Source: a virus
Length of the DNA: 64,000 nucleotides
Virus record (IMG/VR): IMGVR_UViG_3300017769_000001
Span: 64,001 to 128,000 of that record
Strand: one strand, 5' to 3'
In this document: positions 46,780 to 56,045 of the stretch, piece by piece
How positions within the stretch are numbered: the stretch's first letter is position 1
Layout: every line of letters begins with the position of its first letter
Program-made: the position numbers and the translations under genes
Notes under the pieces: generated by a model
Databases searched by the model: none
Seen by the model: only the letters and a program-made list of their open reading frames with translations
Told to the model about the DNA's origin: nothing

Positions 46780-48056
46780 GTGAACTTGTTCTGATCGATG
46801 AAATTACTCTCCAAAATGGTGAGTCGGATCCTGCGTACTCTACGTATTTTGTCCGACTGACCGCAGAGAGTTCTTCAGAAATTACACTTGGTGCATTTAA
46901 ACCGATATCTCTCATAATCGAAGAGGGGTTTGGTAAGACTGTTGTTGATTGTAAAATTGTTCTGGAGGATTTGGTTGGAACATTCGTCAATGTGAAACCA
47001 GTCGAAGGTAGTTTCATTTTCAATCTGTATATCGGTCGGTCTCCCGAATCTACCGTGAATTACAAAATGAGATTGAAAGCAGTAAGAAACGAAAACATGC
47101 AGCTGGGAGAATCTGCTGGATATCGTGTAGAGCTTCACCTGACATCCAGTCACTGGCAGTCAACCACTCATGACAGGCAATTTAAATCATGGCGTAATGT
47201 TCCTTATTCCCAAGCAGTTACCGATATGATCAATGATTCTGGTTTGGTTCCTATTTTTGTTTCTCCTACTGAGGGAAGCAAAAGACACATCATGAATCCG
47301 AACTGGACTCGCAAGCAGATGATGGACTGGATCCGGGAACGTTGCAAAGGAACCAATGGGGATACGTTCTTTACGTACGCAGCACTTCCGAACAACATGT
47401 TCTTTTATTCGACATTCAGTGATCTGATAAAGGGAAACATCAACAACACTATCGATTTTGAGCCACTGGATCCGAGGGAATTTGTCGTTTCTGGGGAAGG
47501 GATCAATGGTGATAATTCTCGACGTCGCTTGTATGACTTCAAAGTCGAGTCGAACTACGTTCAGGAACTCCGTAGCGGAGCTTCTGGGGTGTCTTACGGA
47601 TACTACGACTATGACACCAGATCGTATGTGAAAGGCTCGCACACGTTCTCTGAGAGCCAAGAAGCACAATTATCTGACTGGGCGATGATCTCAGAGGATC
47701 AGGAAACGGTTGGAACGTTCCATTTCGGACATAGAAATAAGGAAGAAACTGAACAAATTGCAAAGGCAAAGGTTAGCTTGGAAATAAACAAGATCCACGA
47801 CGTCATTACTTCAACGATGGGCTACTGTGATGTTCAGGTTGGTGAGCTTGTTGATGTACTAATCCCCATCAATCCAGAATTCCTTGATACGAAATTCAAT
47901 GAATTTTTCTCTGGGGAATACGTTGTCTCATACAAGCGAACCTATTGCAACCTCGAATCTTCAATGGCGAATACCGTATTTCGTATGACCCGTCAGGGAA
48001 TTAATAGTCCCAACGTAAATACGCTGGCACAAAGCCAAAGGGGGAAAGTAGTTTGA
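46776..48056 (+). CDS. baseplate hub gp27-like
   Basis: between gp53 and gp5; SGEY.V motif. Confidence 0.65.
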   Translation: MSELVLIDEITLQNGESDPAYSTYFVRLTAESSSEITLGAFKPISLIIEEGFGKTVVDCKIVLEDLVGTFVNVKPVEGSFIFNLYIGRSPESTVNYKMRLKAVRNENMQLGESAGYRVELHLTSSHWQSTTHDRQFKSWRNVPYSQAVTDMINDSGLVPIFVSPTEGSKRHIMNPNWTRKQMMDWIRERCKGTNGDTFFTYAALPNNMFFYSTFSDLIKGNINNTIDFEPLDPREFVVSGEGINGDNSRRRLYDFKVESNYVQELRSGASGVSYGYYDYDTRSYVKGSHTFSESQEAQLSDWAMISEDQETVGTFHFGHRNKEETEQIAKAKVSLEINKIHDVITSTMGYCDVQVGELVDVLIPINPEFLDTKFNEFFSGEYVVSYKRTYCNLESSMANTVFRMTRQGINSPNVNTLAQSQRGKVV

Positions 48057-48754
48057 ATCAATTTTTTGGAAATTATCGCGGCGAGGTAATTCGCACCGAC
48101 GATCCTCTTAAAGCTGGCCGTGTGAAAGTCAATATTTTCGGTGTTTATGATGGTTTCAAGGAAGAAGACATTCCATGGGCAATATACGCAGATTCTTTTA
48201 TGGGAGGATCGACAAAGGCTGGTGGAATTATTGTTCCGGAAGTAGGAGCGCATATCTGGTGTTTCTTTGAAGGCGGAAATCATCATTACCCTGTTTACTG
48301 GGCTGGTGCTCCCGCAATGAAAGATAAAACTCCTGATATCCCTGCTGAAAGTAGCGCCAAGGAAAATCAATACCCGTTCAATAAGGTATTCAAGACGGGT
48401 GCCGGGTTTGTTGTTGAAGTTGATGATATGGCAGGCGACACGCGGTTCAGATTCTACCAACCATCCGGAAATGAATTGATTGTTGACCATGGAGGTAATG
48501 TTCAGGAAACTGTTGTCGGGACTACTGAACAAACAAAAACCGGTGACGTAACAGAGAATTACGAAGCAAACCATACAACGAATACTGGCGGAAATAAAAC
48601 AGAGGACGTTGCTGGCGATATAACTATCACTTCAGGAGGCACTATCACAATAGATTCAGGTGGTAGTACCATTACAATATCAAACGGGGGCGATATTGAG
48701 ATTGTTTCGGCTGGACAGGTTAATGTCACCGGAGTGATGATCAATCTGAACTGA
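48053..48754 (+). CDS. gp5: baseplate spike gp5-like (OB fold + beta-helix, no lysozyme)
   Basis: DDPL..GRVKV, PWA, P..G....CFF..G...P, YP.NKV. Confidence 0.9.
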   Translation: MNQFFGNYRGEVIRTDDPLKAGRVKVNIFGVYDGFKEEDIPWAIYADSFMGGSTKAGGIIVPEVGAHIWCFFEGGNHHYPVYWAGAPAMKDKTPDIPAESSAKENQYPFNKVFKTGAGFVVEVDDMAGDTRFRFYQPSGNELIVDHGGNVQETVVGTTEQTKTGDVTENYEANHTTNTGGNKTEDVAGDITITSGGTITIDSGGSTITISNGGDIEIVSAGQVNVTGVMINLN

Positions 48755-48756
48755 TT

Positions 48757-49422
48757 ATGAAAGTATTCGAATATCAAACATGGCGTGCGGCTGCTGTTGC
48801 ATACTGGGAAGCAAAAATCGATCAAGAAGTTGATGACGCAGGTCATACTGGACTTGGGTTTAAGGATCAGCTAAAGACTGAGCTTTATGCCTTTATGGAT
48901 ACTCTGGATCCAGTATTCAACGCATATGCGAATGATGACACTCGTCGTGGGCCTTTCATCGACGTTTTGCTGGCTCTCTACAATTATGCTGTGTCTGCGT
49001 ATCTGATGGTAACCCCGGAAGTTCCGGTTCCTAGCCTGTCAATACTCCCCAACGGGGTTGTGACTGACTTGTTCGCATGGTTTACGGAAGATCTACCTCC
49101 GTATGAAAACTTGTTTGAGGTCGTGTTTACGGAAGATCCAATGGCGGTTCCTCCTACAGTAACAGCAGAACTGGTTGACGTGGAGTTCTCCGGAGTGGTC
49201 GCCACCGTCGGAAATTACCTGTCGGATGATATGGCTAATATCGAGGGGATAACTAATCAGATCGTTGCTGCGGTTCGCGAACGAGCTGCATACATTGTAT
49301 TTGCCGATGATGCAAACATTGTTCGAAATGATGGGACTGCAAAAGAAATCCTGCTGAATGATTTCCGTCTATTAGACGTCTTGAATGAGTTCGGATGGAC
49401 TGTTAAAGGGATAAACGCGTAA
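48757..49422 (+). CDS. hypothetical protein between spike and PAAR genes
   Basis: 221 aa, coupled to both neighbours. Confidence 0.7.
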   Translation: MKVFEYQTWRAAAVAYWEAKIDQEVDDAGHTGLGFKDQLKTELYAFMDTLDPVFNAYANDDTRRGPFIDVLLALYNYAVSAYLMVTPEVPVPSLSILPNGVVTDLFAWFTEDLPPYENLFEVVFTEDPMAVPPTVTAELVDVEFSGVVATVGNYLSDDMANIEGITNQIVAAVRERAAYIVFADDANIVRNDGTAKEILLNDFRLLDVLNEFGWTVKGINA

Positions 49423-49724
49423 TGCCACAAGTAGCAAACCTGAATCAACTGTGTGTCGGAATTTGTTGTGCCCACCCACCAGTACCATGCATTCCAATGA
49501 CCGGATTAATATCAACTGGAGCTGCGACTGTCAACGCAGAGGGGCTTCCTGTTGCTCGCATCGGTGATCTTGTCGTGTTGGCGTGTGGGCATACGTCGAT
49601 TGTCATAAGCGGATCTCCTACGGTGACTGCTGAAAAGATCCCGCTATCCCGCGTCGGAGATCTTGTCGGTGGCGTATTCACTGGTTCGATTGCAACCGGA
49701 ACACCGACAGTCAATTCAAACTGA
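49422..49724 (+). CDS. PAAR-domain spike tip
   Basis: PVARIGD, CGH, GS.TV, SRVGD repeats. Confidence 0.9.
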   Translation: MPQVANLNQLCVGICCAHPPVPCIPMTGLISTGAATVNAEGLPVARIGDLVVLACGHTSIVISGSPTVTAEKIPLSRVGDLVGGVFTGSIATGTPTVNSN

Positions 49725-49772
49725 TCCCTATAGACCTTCCTAAATAATCACCAAGAATTAACGGAAGGTCTC

Positions 49773-50162
49773 ATGTCAAAATTCGTCGATTGGTCTGACA
49801 TTGATTTCCGGTTTACAAAATCAAAAACCGGGAACATCAAAATCGTTGAAGGCGAAGACGCCATCAATCAGTCAATAAAACTCATTCTCTCCATTATGCG
49901 TGGTGAGAAAGTCCGTTCTGATATGGGGAGCAGCCTGTATGCTCTTCTTTTCAACCCGATTTCCGATGAGACCGCTGAAGAAATCCAGAGCGTTATCCAG
50001 ACAAACATTTCGAGATTCGATAATCGGATCTTTGTCGAAGAGGTTAGCGTTATACCGAATCTGAATCAGAAGTACTACGAAATTGTTATCTCATACAGAA
50101 TCAGACCCTCTATGAGTAAGAAGAATCTGACGACATACATGCCAGCCATGGGAGGTTTGTGA
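49773..50162 (+). CDS. gp25: baseplate wedge gp25
   Basis: SDID..F, AI.QSI, GE....GS.L..LLF, F..RI. Confidence 0.9.
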   Translation: MSKFVDWSDIDFRFTKSKTGNIKIVEGEDAINQSIKLILSIMRGEKVRSDMGSSLYALLFNPISDETAEEIQSVIQTNISRFDNRIFVEEVSVIPNLNQKYYEIVISYRIRPSMSKKNLTTYMPAMGGL

Positions 50163-50163
50163 A

Positions 50164-52371
50164 GTGGCAACAAATAACGTAACAAATTATGATTATCAAG
50201 ACCTGAGATCAAGAATTCAGGAAAAGCTGAAAAATAAACAGGGCTGGGGTGATGGTTATGAGTCTACTGTTGGTCAGATCCTGATCGATACACTCGCAGA
50301 TGCGGCTGATAACCTCTCATATATGCTTGAGCGTCGTTCTCAGGAGAGTTTTCAGACAACCGCACGCCTCCGTTCCTCTGTTGCTTCACGTGCCTCTGAG
50401 CTTGGCTACAGAAGCCGTAGAGCATCAGCAGCAAACGGGTATGTCACACTTCGTCTTGTTGACGAAAGCGGTGTTGCCAAGCCTGTAGCCGCTGGTGGTG
50501 AGGTTGTTATACCCGAAGGCACTCCGATGACATTCGATGATGAAGCATTTTATACGACTGCTGAATATATCATCGAAGAAGGCATGTCAGAAATTGAGAT
50601 GGCTGTTTCTCAGGGTGTTGTTGAGACATTGACATTCAACCCGGCTACTGAAGAAACGTTCACTTCCAGTCAGTACATTCTGATTCCGGATTATGAATAC
50701 ATCGACGAAAACAGCATTGTGGTTATTTCCGAGGGTATTGAATACCGGGACGTAAAAGAACTCGACCAGCAGGATGGTATTGGGATTGGTGCTTTGTCGT
50801 TCGCCGGGGTTCGCACCCAAGACGGATCCAGTGCTTACTATGACATCCGATACGCACATGACGGTATGCGTATCCAATTTGGTGATGATCTCTTCGGTAG
50901 AACACCGGAAGCCGCCATCACAGTAACCATCGTTCGTACGAAGGGTGAGCAGGTTCGTGTTCTGTCGGTCAACAACGAATTCAGATTCGGGTTTGACACA
51001 TTCAGTGATGGTATTAACGTAACACCACCGAACGAATACGAATACCTGATGACTAACAACACACAGATTGTTGGTGGTCGTGCTCCAGAGACGCTGGAAG
51101 AGATTCGTACGAATGCTCCGCTGTTCATCACAACCAACAACCGAGCTGTTTCACTTGATGGTTACGGTTACTGGGCACGTCGTTCGAATATCGGTGGTAT
51201 TATCGACTCACGTGCGTTCGCAGAGAGTGAAATTGATACCCTGCTGTACAATATCAACAACGTTTACATCGCATACCTAACAGAAACCGGTGTTGAACTT
51301 TCTGTCCAACAGAAACAGGATCTGATTGATTTCATCAAAGAGCGCGACGTTGCACTGGCGCATATCGTCCCTCGCCCTGCTTCTGAAATTCAGCTGGGGA
51401 TGGATTTATCTGTAAAAAGAAATGCAGAGCTTCAAATTGCACCGGAAGATCTCTACCTGATTATCCGTGCATATATCATGGAGTACTACAAGCGTCGTGA
51501 AGGATCCATCGGTATCGAATACCAGAAGTCCGATTTTATCAGGGATGCATATAATTTGCAGACTCGGGTTGCCGGTGTTGATTATAACGTCGTCGATTTT
51601 ATTGACGTCGATATTTTCGCGTACCAGATTGCCGAATACCCACTGGAAGTGAACGACTGCTTGATTCGTCTGAGAAACGACGGAGCTACTGCGCAGGTTG
51701 GTGATGAATTCACTCTGCTGATTGATAACACCCCATACACAGTAACCGTTGAAGCAGATGACCTCAACACCGGGGAATTCTACGTAAACATGCTGTTCAA
51801 AATGCGCGATTACCTGTACACGGTAACCGAGCTGATCTCTGCGGTTAATGTGACCACTGATGGTGTGAATAACGAATTCATTCTTCAGATCAAAACTCGT
51901 GATGGTCTGGGTGGATTCAGAATTGATACAAACGCCGGGGATTTTGCAGCAGACACCATCGTAAACTTCAAGCTGCAAATCCATCCGAAGATCTTCAACA
52001 ACGAGTTTGAGGATATTCTTCTCCGTAACGGTGTGTACATCACAGATTCCAATGGCGATGTTCTGTATTACGACAACGGGGAAGGTTTCTGGGTTGATGC
52101 AGATACTGGCGACATTATCAATCTCGATCCTCAGAATACCGGTGGTGGTTCTGGTGGTGAAGCAGAAATCCCAACTCAGATGATCGACTACATTACTGCG
52201 AACCTTACTCTGCCGACATTGCCTACTGGCACGTATTACGTGAAATACCGTCAGGATAAGTATGAGAACTTCAAAGCAAACAGTGCGACGGCGGTTACAC
52301 TGATTCCACCGAAGGAAGAATACGATGATGTTGCAGAGACATTCACGAAAATCAATCTGATTCCGGTGTAA
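50164..52371 (+). CDS. gp6: baseplate wedge gp6
   Basis: ESF.TTA..RSSV, LGY, FGD..FG..P, GG..PET..EIR.NAP, RAVS..GY. Confidence 0.9.
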   Translation: MATNNVTNYDYQDLRSRIQEKLKNKQGWGDGYESTVGQILIDTLADAADNLSYMLERRSQESFQTTARLRSSVASRASELGYRSRRASAANGYVTLRLVDESGVAKPVAAGGEVVIPEGTPMTFDDEAFYTTAEYIIEEGMSEIEMAVSQGVVETLTFNPATEETFTSSQYILIPDYEYIDENSIVVISEGIEYRDVKELDQQDGIGIGALSFAGVRTQDGSSAYYDIRYAHDGMRIQFGDDLFGRTPEAAITVTIVRTKGEQVRVLSVNNEFRFGFDTFSDGINVTPPNEYEYLMTNNTQIVGGRAPETLEEIRTNAPLFITTNNRAVSLDGYGYWARRSNIGGIIDSRAFAESEIDTLLYNINNVYIAYLTETGVELSVQQKQDLIDFIKERDVALAHIVPRPASEIQLGMDLSVKRNAELQIAPEDLYLIIRAYIMEYYKRREGSIGIEYQKSDFIRDAYNLQTRVAGVDYNVVDFIDVDIFAYQIAEYPLEVNDCLIRLRNDGATAQVGDEFTLLIDNTPYTVTVEADDLNTGEFYVNMLFKMRDYLYTVTELISAVNVTTDGVNNEFILQIKTRDGLGGFRIDTNAGDFAADTIVNFKLQIHPKIFNNEFEDILLRNGVYITDSNGDVLYYDNGEGFWVDADTGDIINLDPQNTGGGSGGEAEIPTQMIDYITANLTLPTLPTGTYYVKYRQDKYENFKANSATAVTLIPPKEEYDDVAETFTKINLIPV

Positions 52372-52380
52372 GGATAGGTT

Positions 52381-53874
52381 ATGGCTGAAGAAACAAAAGA
52401 CATGATTGAGGCGGTTAAGGATAACACGCCTGCTGCCTTGAAGAATAATGATCTGATCGATCAATATCTCGATGTGGTGGGTGAGGTATTCGAAGAAATC
52501 CGTCAAGATATCAGGTACAAGTCATTCGAGACTGATTATGCGAATGCCAAGCCTGAGACACTCGTTCGGGTTGCTGCTGACCTTGGGTTCAATCTATCCC
52601 CAAAACTCCGCCCATCTGTCCTGAGACGGATTATACGGGACGCTCAGGAAGTGTTCAGTCGAATGGGTACAAGGGAGTCTCTTGTATGGGCTTTGAAGAC
52701 TGTAGGCTACCGAAGCTACGATATCGACGAAGTCTGGATCCCTAACCCGGATCTACTTCGAATTGGTTACTTCCGTGAACTGAATTCAACTTCAGACCCC
52801 CGTCGATATGAAGTTCGGAAGGGTAGCTATAGTGATTTTGTCGTCGGTGAAGAATATGTAACTGCCCAAGGTACATTCTTCCAAGGGTATGTTTACAACG
52901 ACTTCGAAAAAGGAGAACCGATCAACAATATTCCGATTTACGGTGAGCGGTATTCCACTTACACTGGGCTATCTTTCAAGGATATGGTTAGTAAAACCCC
53001 GTATATCCTCGTTCGCTTGTATGATCCCCCAGAGTATGACGACGTTATTGCTGACACTGATCCGGTGACTGGTGATCCTGTATTTGTTGATATTCAGGAA
53101 AAACAGAGAATCGTAATTAACACGATCAGAACTCTGATTCAGGAATTACAGAGAACGGCAACCACAAAGGTAATTCTGGTTACAGACCTACTTATTTTTG
53201 ATGATCTGATTACTCGGGTTATTGATCAAATCGAATTCACAACATCCACATTTGGATTTGAGTGGGTTGATGAAATTCCTTCTGTGTCTGACACACTGTC
53301 ATTCACCTCCGTTGGCGATCCTCTGAATTTCGTTGATGTTGTTGATGAAATTCTGGATAACTTCCAGCTGACATCCCAGTACGGGGATATTAACTGGTCA
53401 GATGCCGTTGATGTGACGCTTGACAATTATCTGCAAGACGGATCGATCATTTCGGCATACGATTCCCCGTATCTGACTGTTGGCAATAAACTGCCAATCG
53501 GATCTGGATACCCTGTACCTGCAACTGGAGAATACACCGGGTATTTCAAGGTTGGGATTGTTGATAGCTCTGTCAGAGAAATAAATGATGGTGTCCGTGG
53601 TGTTAACGAATCCCATGAAGTTGTTAAACCACCTGCCGGATATGAACACATCGTTTATCTGGACTACAATGCAAATGTCCAATTCACAGCACCATCAGAC
53701 TCGGCTGTTGTTGTGAGAAGAGTCGACAATTACCAATACAGTACGGGTAGTACGACGATAACTACTGTTAACGCAGGTTCGTCGTTCAACCAGAATATCA
53801 CCGACAGTCACGCGCTGATTCTGGAATTCCAGAGTGAGAGTGTTGAAAAGACGGCAATCACAGTTTCTTACTAA
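52381..53874 (+). CDS. baseplate wedge protein (gp7-like)
   Basis: follows gp6; LG.N...R..I.......GT..S pattern. Confidence 0.6.
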   Translation: MAEETKDMIEAVKDNTPAALKNNDLIDQYLDVVGEVFEEIRQDIRYKSFETDYANAKPETLVRVAADLGFNLSPKLRPSVLRRIIRDAQEVFSRMGTRESLVWALKTVGYRSYDIDEVWIPNPDLLRIGYFRELNSTSDPRRYEVRKGSYSDFVVGEEYVTAQGTFFQGYVYNDFEKGEPINNIPIYGERYSTYTGLSFKDMVSKTPYILVRLYDPPEYDDVIADTDPVTGDPVFVDIQEKQRIVINTIRTLIQELQRTATTKVILVTDLLIFDDLITRVIDQIEFTTSTFGFEWVDEIPSVSDTLSFTSVGDPLNFVDVVDEILDNFQLTSQYGDINWSDAVDVTLDNYLQDGSIISAYDSPYLTVGNKLPIGSGYPVPATGEYTGYFKVGIVDSSVREINDGVRGVNESHEVVKPPAGYEHIVYLDYNANVQFTAPSDSAVVVRRVDNYQYSTGSTTITTVNAGSSFNQNITDSHALILEFQSESVEKTAITVSY

Positions 53875-53886
53875 GAGAGTAACGCA

Positions 53887-54417
53887 ATGAGCAAATTTGA
53901 CGAAACAATGAAACCGATGAAAGGCAAGCTTCAGCTTATTTTCAGAGATCGAAACACTGGTGAAATTCTTGACGTGGAAGACGACAATAACATCTTCCTG
54001 AACCTCGGAATGTCTCAGATGCTTCGTGCAATTACCACACCGGCTCCTTCTGGTGGCGCGGTTCAATACATTCTTCAGGAATTTTCAATCGGTGATGATA
54101 TCGGTAGTGGTTCGCTTCTGAACCCTGAACCAGCACAAGCAACATACACCGCTGCGAACCAGAACGTAGTATATACTGTTCCTTATGCTGATCTGACGAT
54201 CAACTACCCGAACTACTACACTACTGAGATTTCTCTGGTTCTGGATGGTAACGCTGTGATGGCACAATATCCTTCACAAGTCGATCTTCGATTCTCAAGT
54301 GCTGCACTGTACAGCGGTGGTGGCGATCCATTCGCATATCGTCGTTTCCAAACACGTACGATAACTCGTGAGATCACCATCGACGTTAAATGGACACTGT
54401 ACTTCGACGGTCAGTAA
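53887..54417 (+). CDS. baseplate protein
   Basis: N.F...G, IG.G, AALY, W.L.F pattern; synteny. Confidence 0.6.
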   Translation: MSKFDETMKPMKGKLQLIFRDRNTGEILDVEDDNNIFLNLGMSQMLRAITTPAPSGGAVQYILQEFSIGDDIGSGSLLNPEPAQATYTAANQNVVYTVPYADLTINYPNYYTTEISLVLDGNAVMAQYPSQVDLRFSSAALYSGGGDPFAYRRFQTRTITREITIDVKWTLYFDGQ

Positions 54418-54426
54418 ACCAAACGA

Positions 54427-55953
54427 TCAGACAAAGATGCCTACCTCGTAGGCATCTTGTTCTTGATCATAGCTCACTTCACTCATCTTTTCGTACGCAC
54501 TTTCTTCATAGTCGCCAATCTGTTCAAGCAACAGCATCATCAGAACAGCAGCCATACACAAGTCATCCGTTTTACCGGATTCAGCGGCAAAGCTCCCTTT
54601 GTTCTTCACGAAGAATTTCAGCTCGTTTATCAGGTATGAACTTTTAATTGTGTATTTCTCAAGCTCAACCATATCCTTCAGACGCTGACACCCGTGTGGT
54701 TTTGTTTTGGTATTGGTTGGCATACCGAGCTTATTCGGATAATCAACGTGAGAAATAAACGTGGCACTGTCCAGAGCTTCTGAATCTGTGTTCTGAAGCA
54801 GGTTGATGACACCCATACCGATACTGTTATTCTCAACCGTGTAATAAACTTCAGCTGCACCCATACGGAAGCAGAGGTCGATTACGCTGATGATTGCTTT
54901 CACATAATGAGTTTGCGTCAGTGTGTTATTCCGATATTCGCCAACCTGAACGAAATTATCAACGTCGGTTATATGCATTGCGTGGTAGTCTTTACCAATA
55001 CCTTCGGATACGTCGATACTGATCGCAATATTCTTCCCTTTGAGATCCTTTTCCCACATGTAAAGGGAATCGTCAGGATAGAATATCGGGTCTTCTGATT
55101 TCATATCCTCCAGTATCTGGGAATTAATCAGAGTTCCCTTGTCGGAAATAAAATGGTTGCAGAATTCCTGAAGGAATTTCGTTAAACCGAATTTGGAAAT
55201 CATATCCTTTTTGAATTTTTCTGTACGTCCGGGAACTTCGTCGTATTTCACTTCAACAGGGAAGAAACCGTTTGTACCAGCCACAGCACCAAACCAGATA
55301 GACGAGAACAGGTCTCCAGAACCGTTCGGGGTTGATGTGATGATCAGTTTTACGTCGGCATCCTCACCTTCGGCAGTCAACGATGGCAACAGACCACCCC
55401 AGAACTCTTCAGCAACAGAAGGCTTTACGAACGCAAGCTCGTCGATGTAGATGATCTTTGGTGTGTTACCACGGAAGGTATTTTCTCGGGTCACCTGAGC
55501 TTCGATAGAACTGCCGTTCGTAAATGCCACAGAATACCTGTTGTACTCGATTACAGGAGGTTTTAGCCAGAAGGGAAGGTTCTCATAGGCAAACTTAAAA
55601 CGAGCCATGAGGTCTTTACAGTTAGCCAGCTTGTACGAAGTCACACCAACCTTCATATCCTGATTGAAGATCATTTCATGCAGCAGGTAACCAACCGTAC
55701 TGGTCGACTTACCAGTCTGACGCCCAGAAAGCAGACAGACGAAATCGTTGTTCTCGATCCCACGATAGAATCTCTTCTGGTATGGGCGGGGGTTAAATAA
55801 AACACGGCCACGCTGACCTTGCGTGTAAACGTAAGTCTTCAGGAAGTAATCAAGGTTATCTGCACAGCGAATCCATTCTTTCTCTTGGTCTTCTGTCAGA
55901 TCTTGATCGTCCTTCGGCTTCTTCACCGATAGTTGTTCGTGATCGTAATTCAT
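54427..55953 (-). CDS. gp17: terminase large subunit
   Basis: PYQ, RQTGKST Walker A, IDELAF, STPNG, QEF, DVSEG..D, DDL nuclease motifs; start set at MNYDHE. Confidence 0.95.
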   Translation of the reverse strand: MNYDHEQLSVKKPKDDQDLTEDQEKEWIRCADNLDYFLKTYVYTQGQRGRVLFNPRPYQKRFYRGIENNDFVCLLSGRQTGKSTSTVGYLLHEMIFNQDMKVGVTSYKLANCKDLMARFKFAYENLPFWLKPPVIEYNRYSVAFTNGSSIEAQVTRENTFRGNTPKIIYIDELAFVKPSVAEEFWGGLLPSLTAEGEDADVKLIITSTPNGSGDLFSSIWFGAVAGTNGFFPVEVKYDEVPGRTEKFKKDMISKFGLTKFLQEFCNHFISDKGTLINSQILEDMKSEDPIFYPDDSLYMWEKDLKGKNIAISIDVSEGIGKDYHAMHITDVDNFVQVGEYRNNTLTQTHYVKAIISVIDLCFRMGAAEVYYTVENNSIGMGVINLLQNTDSEALDSATFISHVDYPNKLGMPTNTKTKPHGCQRLKDMVELEKYTIKSSYLINELKFFVKNKGSFAAESGKTDDLCMAAVLMMLLLEQIGDYEESAYEKMSEVSYDQEQDAYEVGIFV

Positions 55954-56045
55954 TTTCTTATAGCCTCCGATAAACAATATTTATCGTCAGATCAGGGGCT
56001 AAATAAAGGCACAATAATCCAGTCAAAATTTCACAGGATAGGTAT

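Noticed and set aside
51406-52506. 366-aa minus-strand ORF (likewise 44444-45280 and 9594-10301)
   Set aside because: Antisense shadows of well-supported genes
54427-55977. Intein or intron in the terminase or other core genes
   Set aside because: Lengths are normal and no splice motifs or homing endonuclease ORFs were seen
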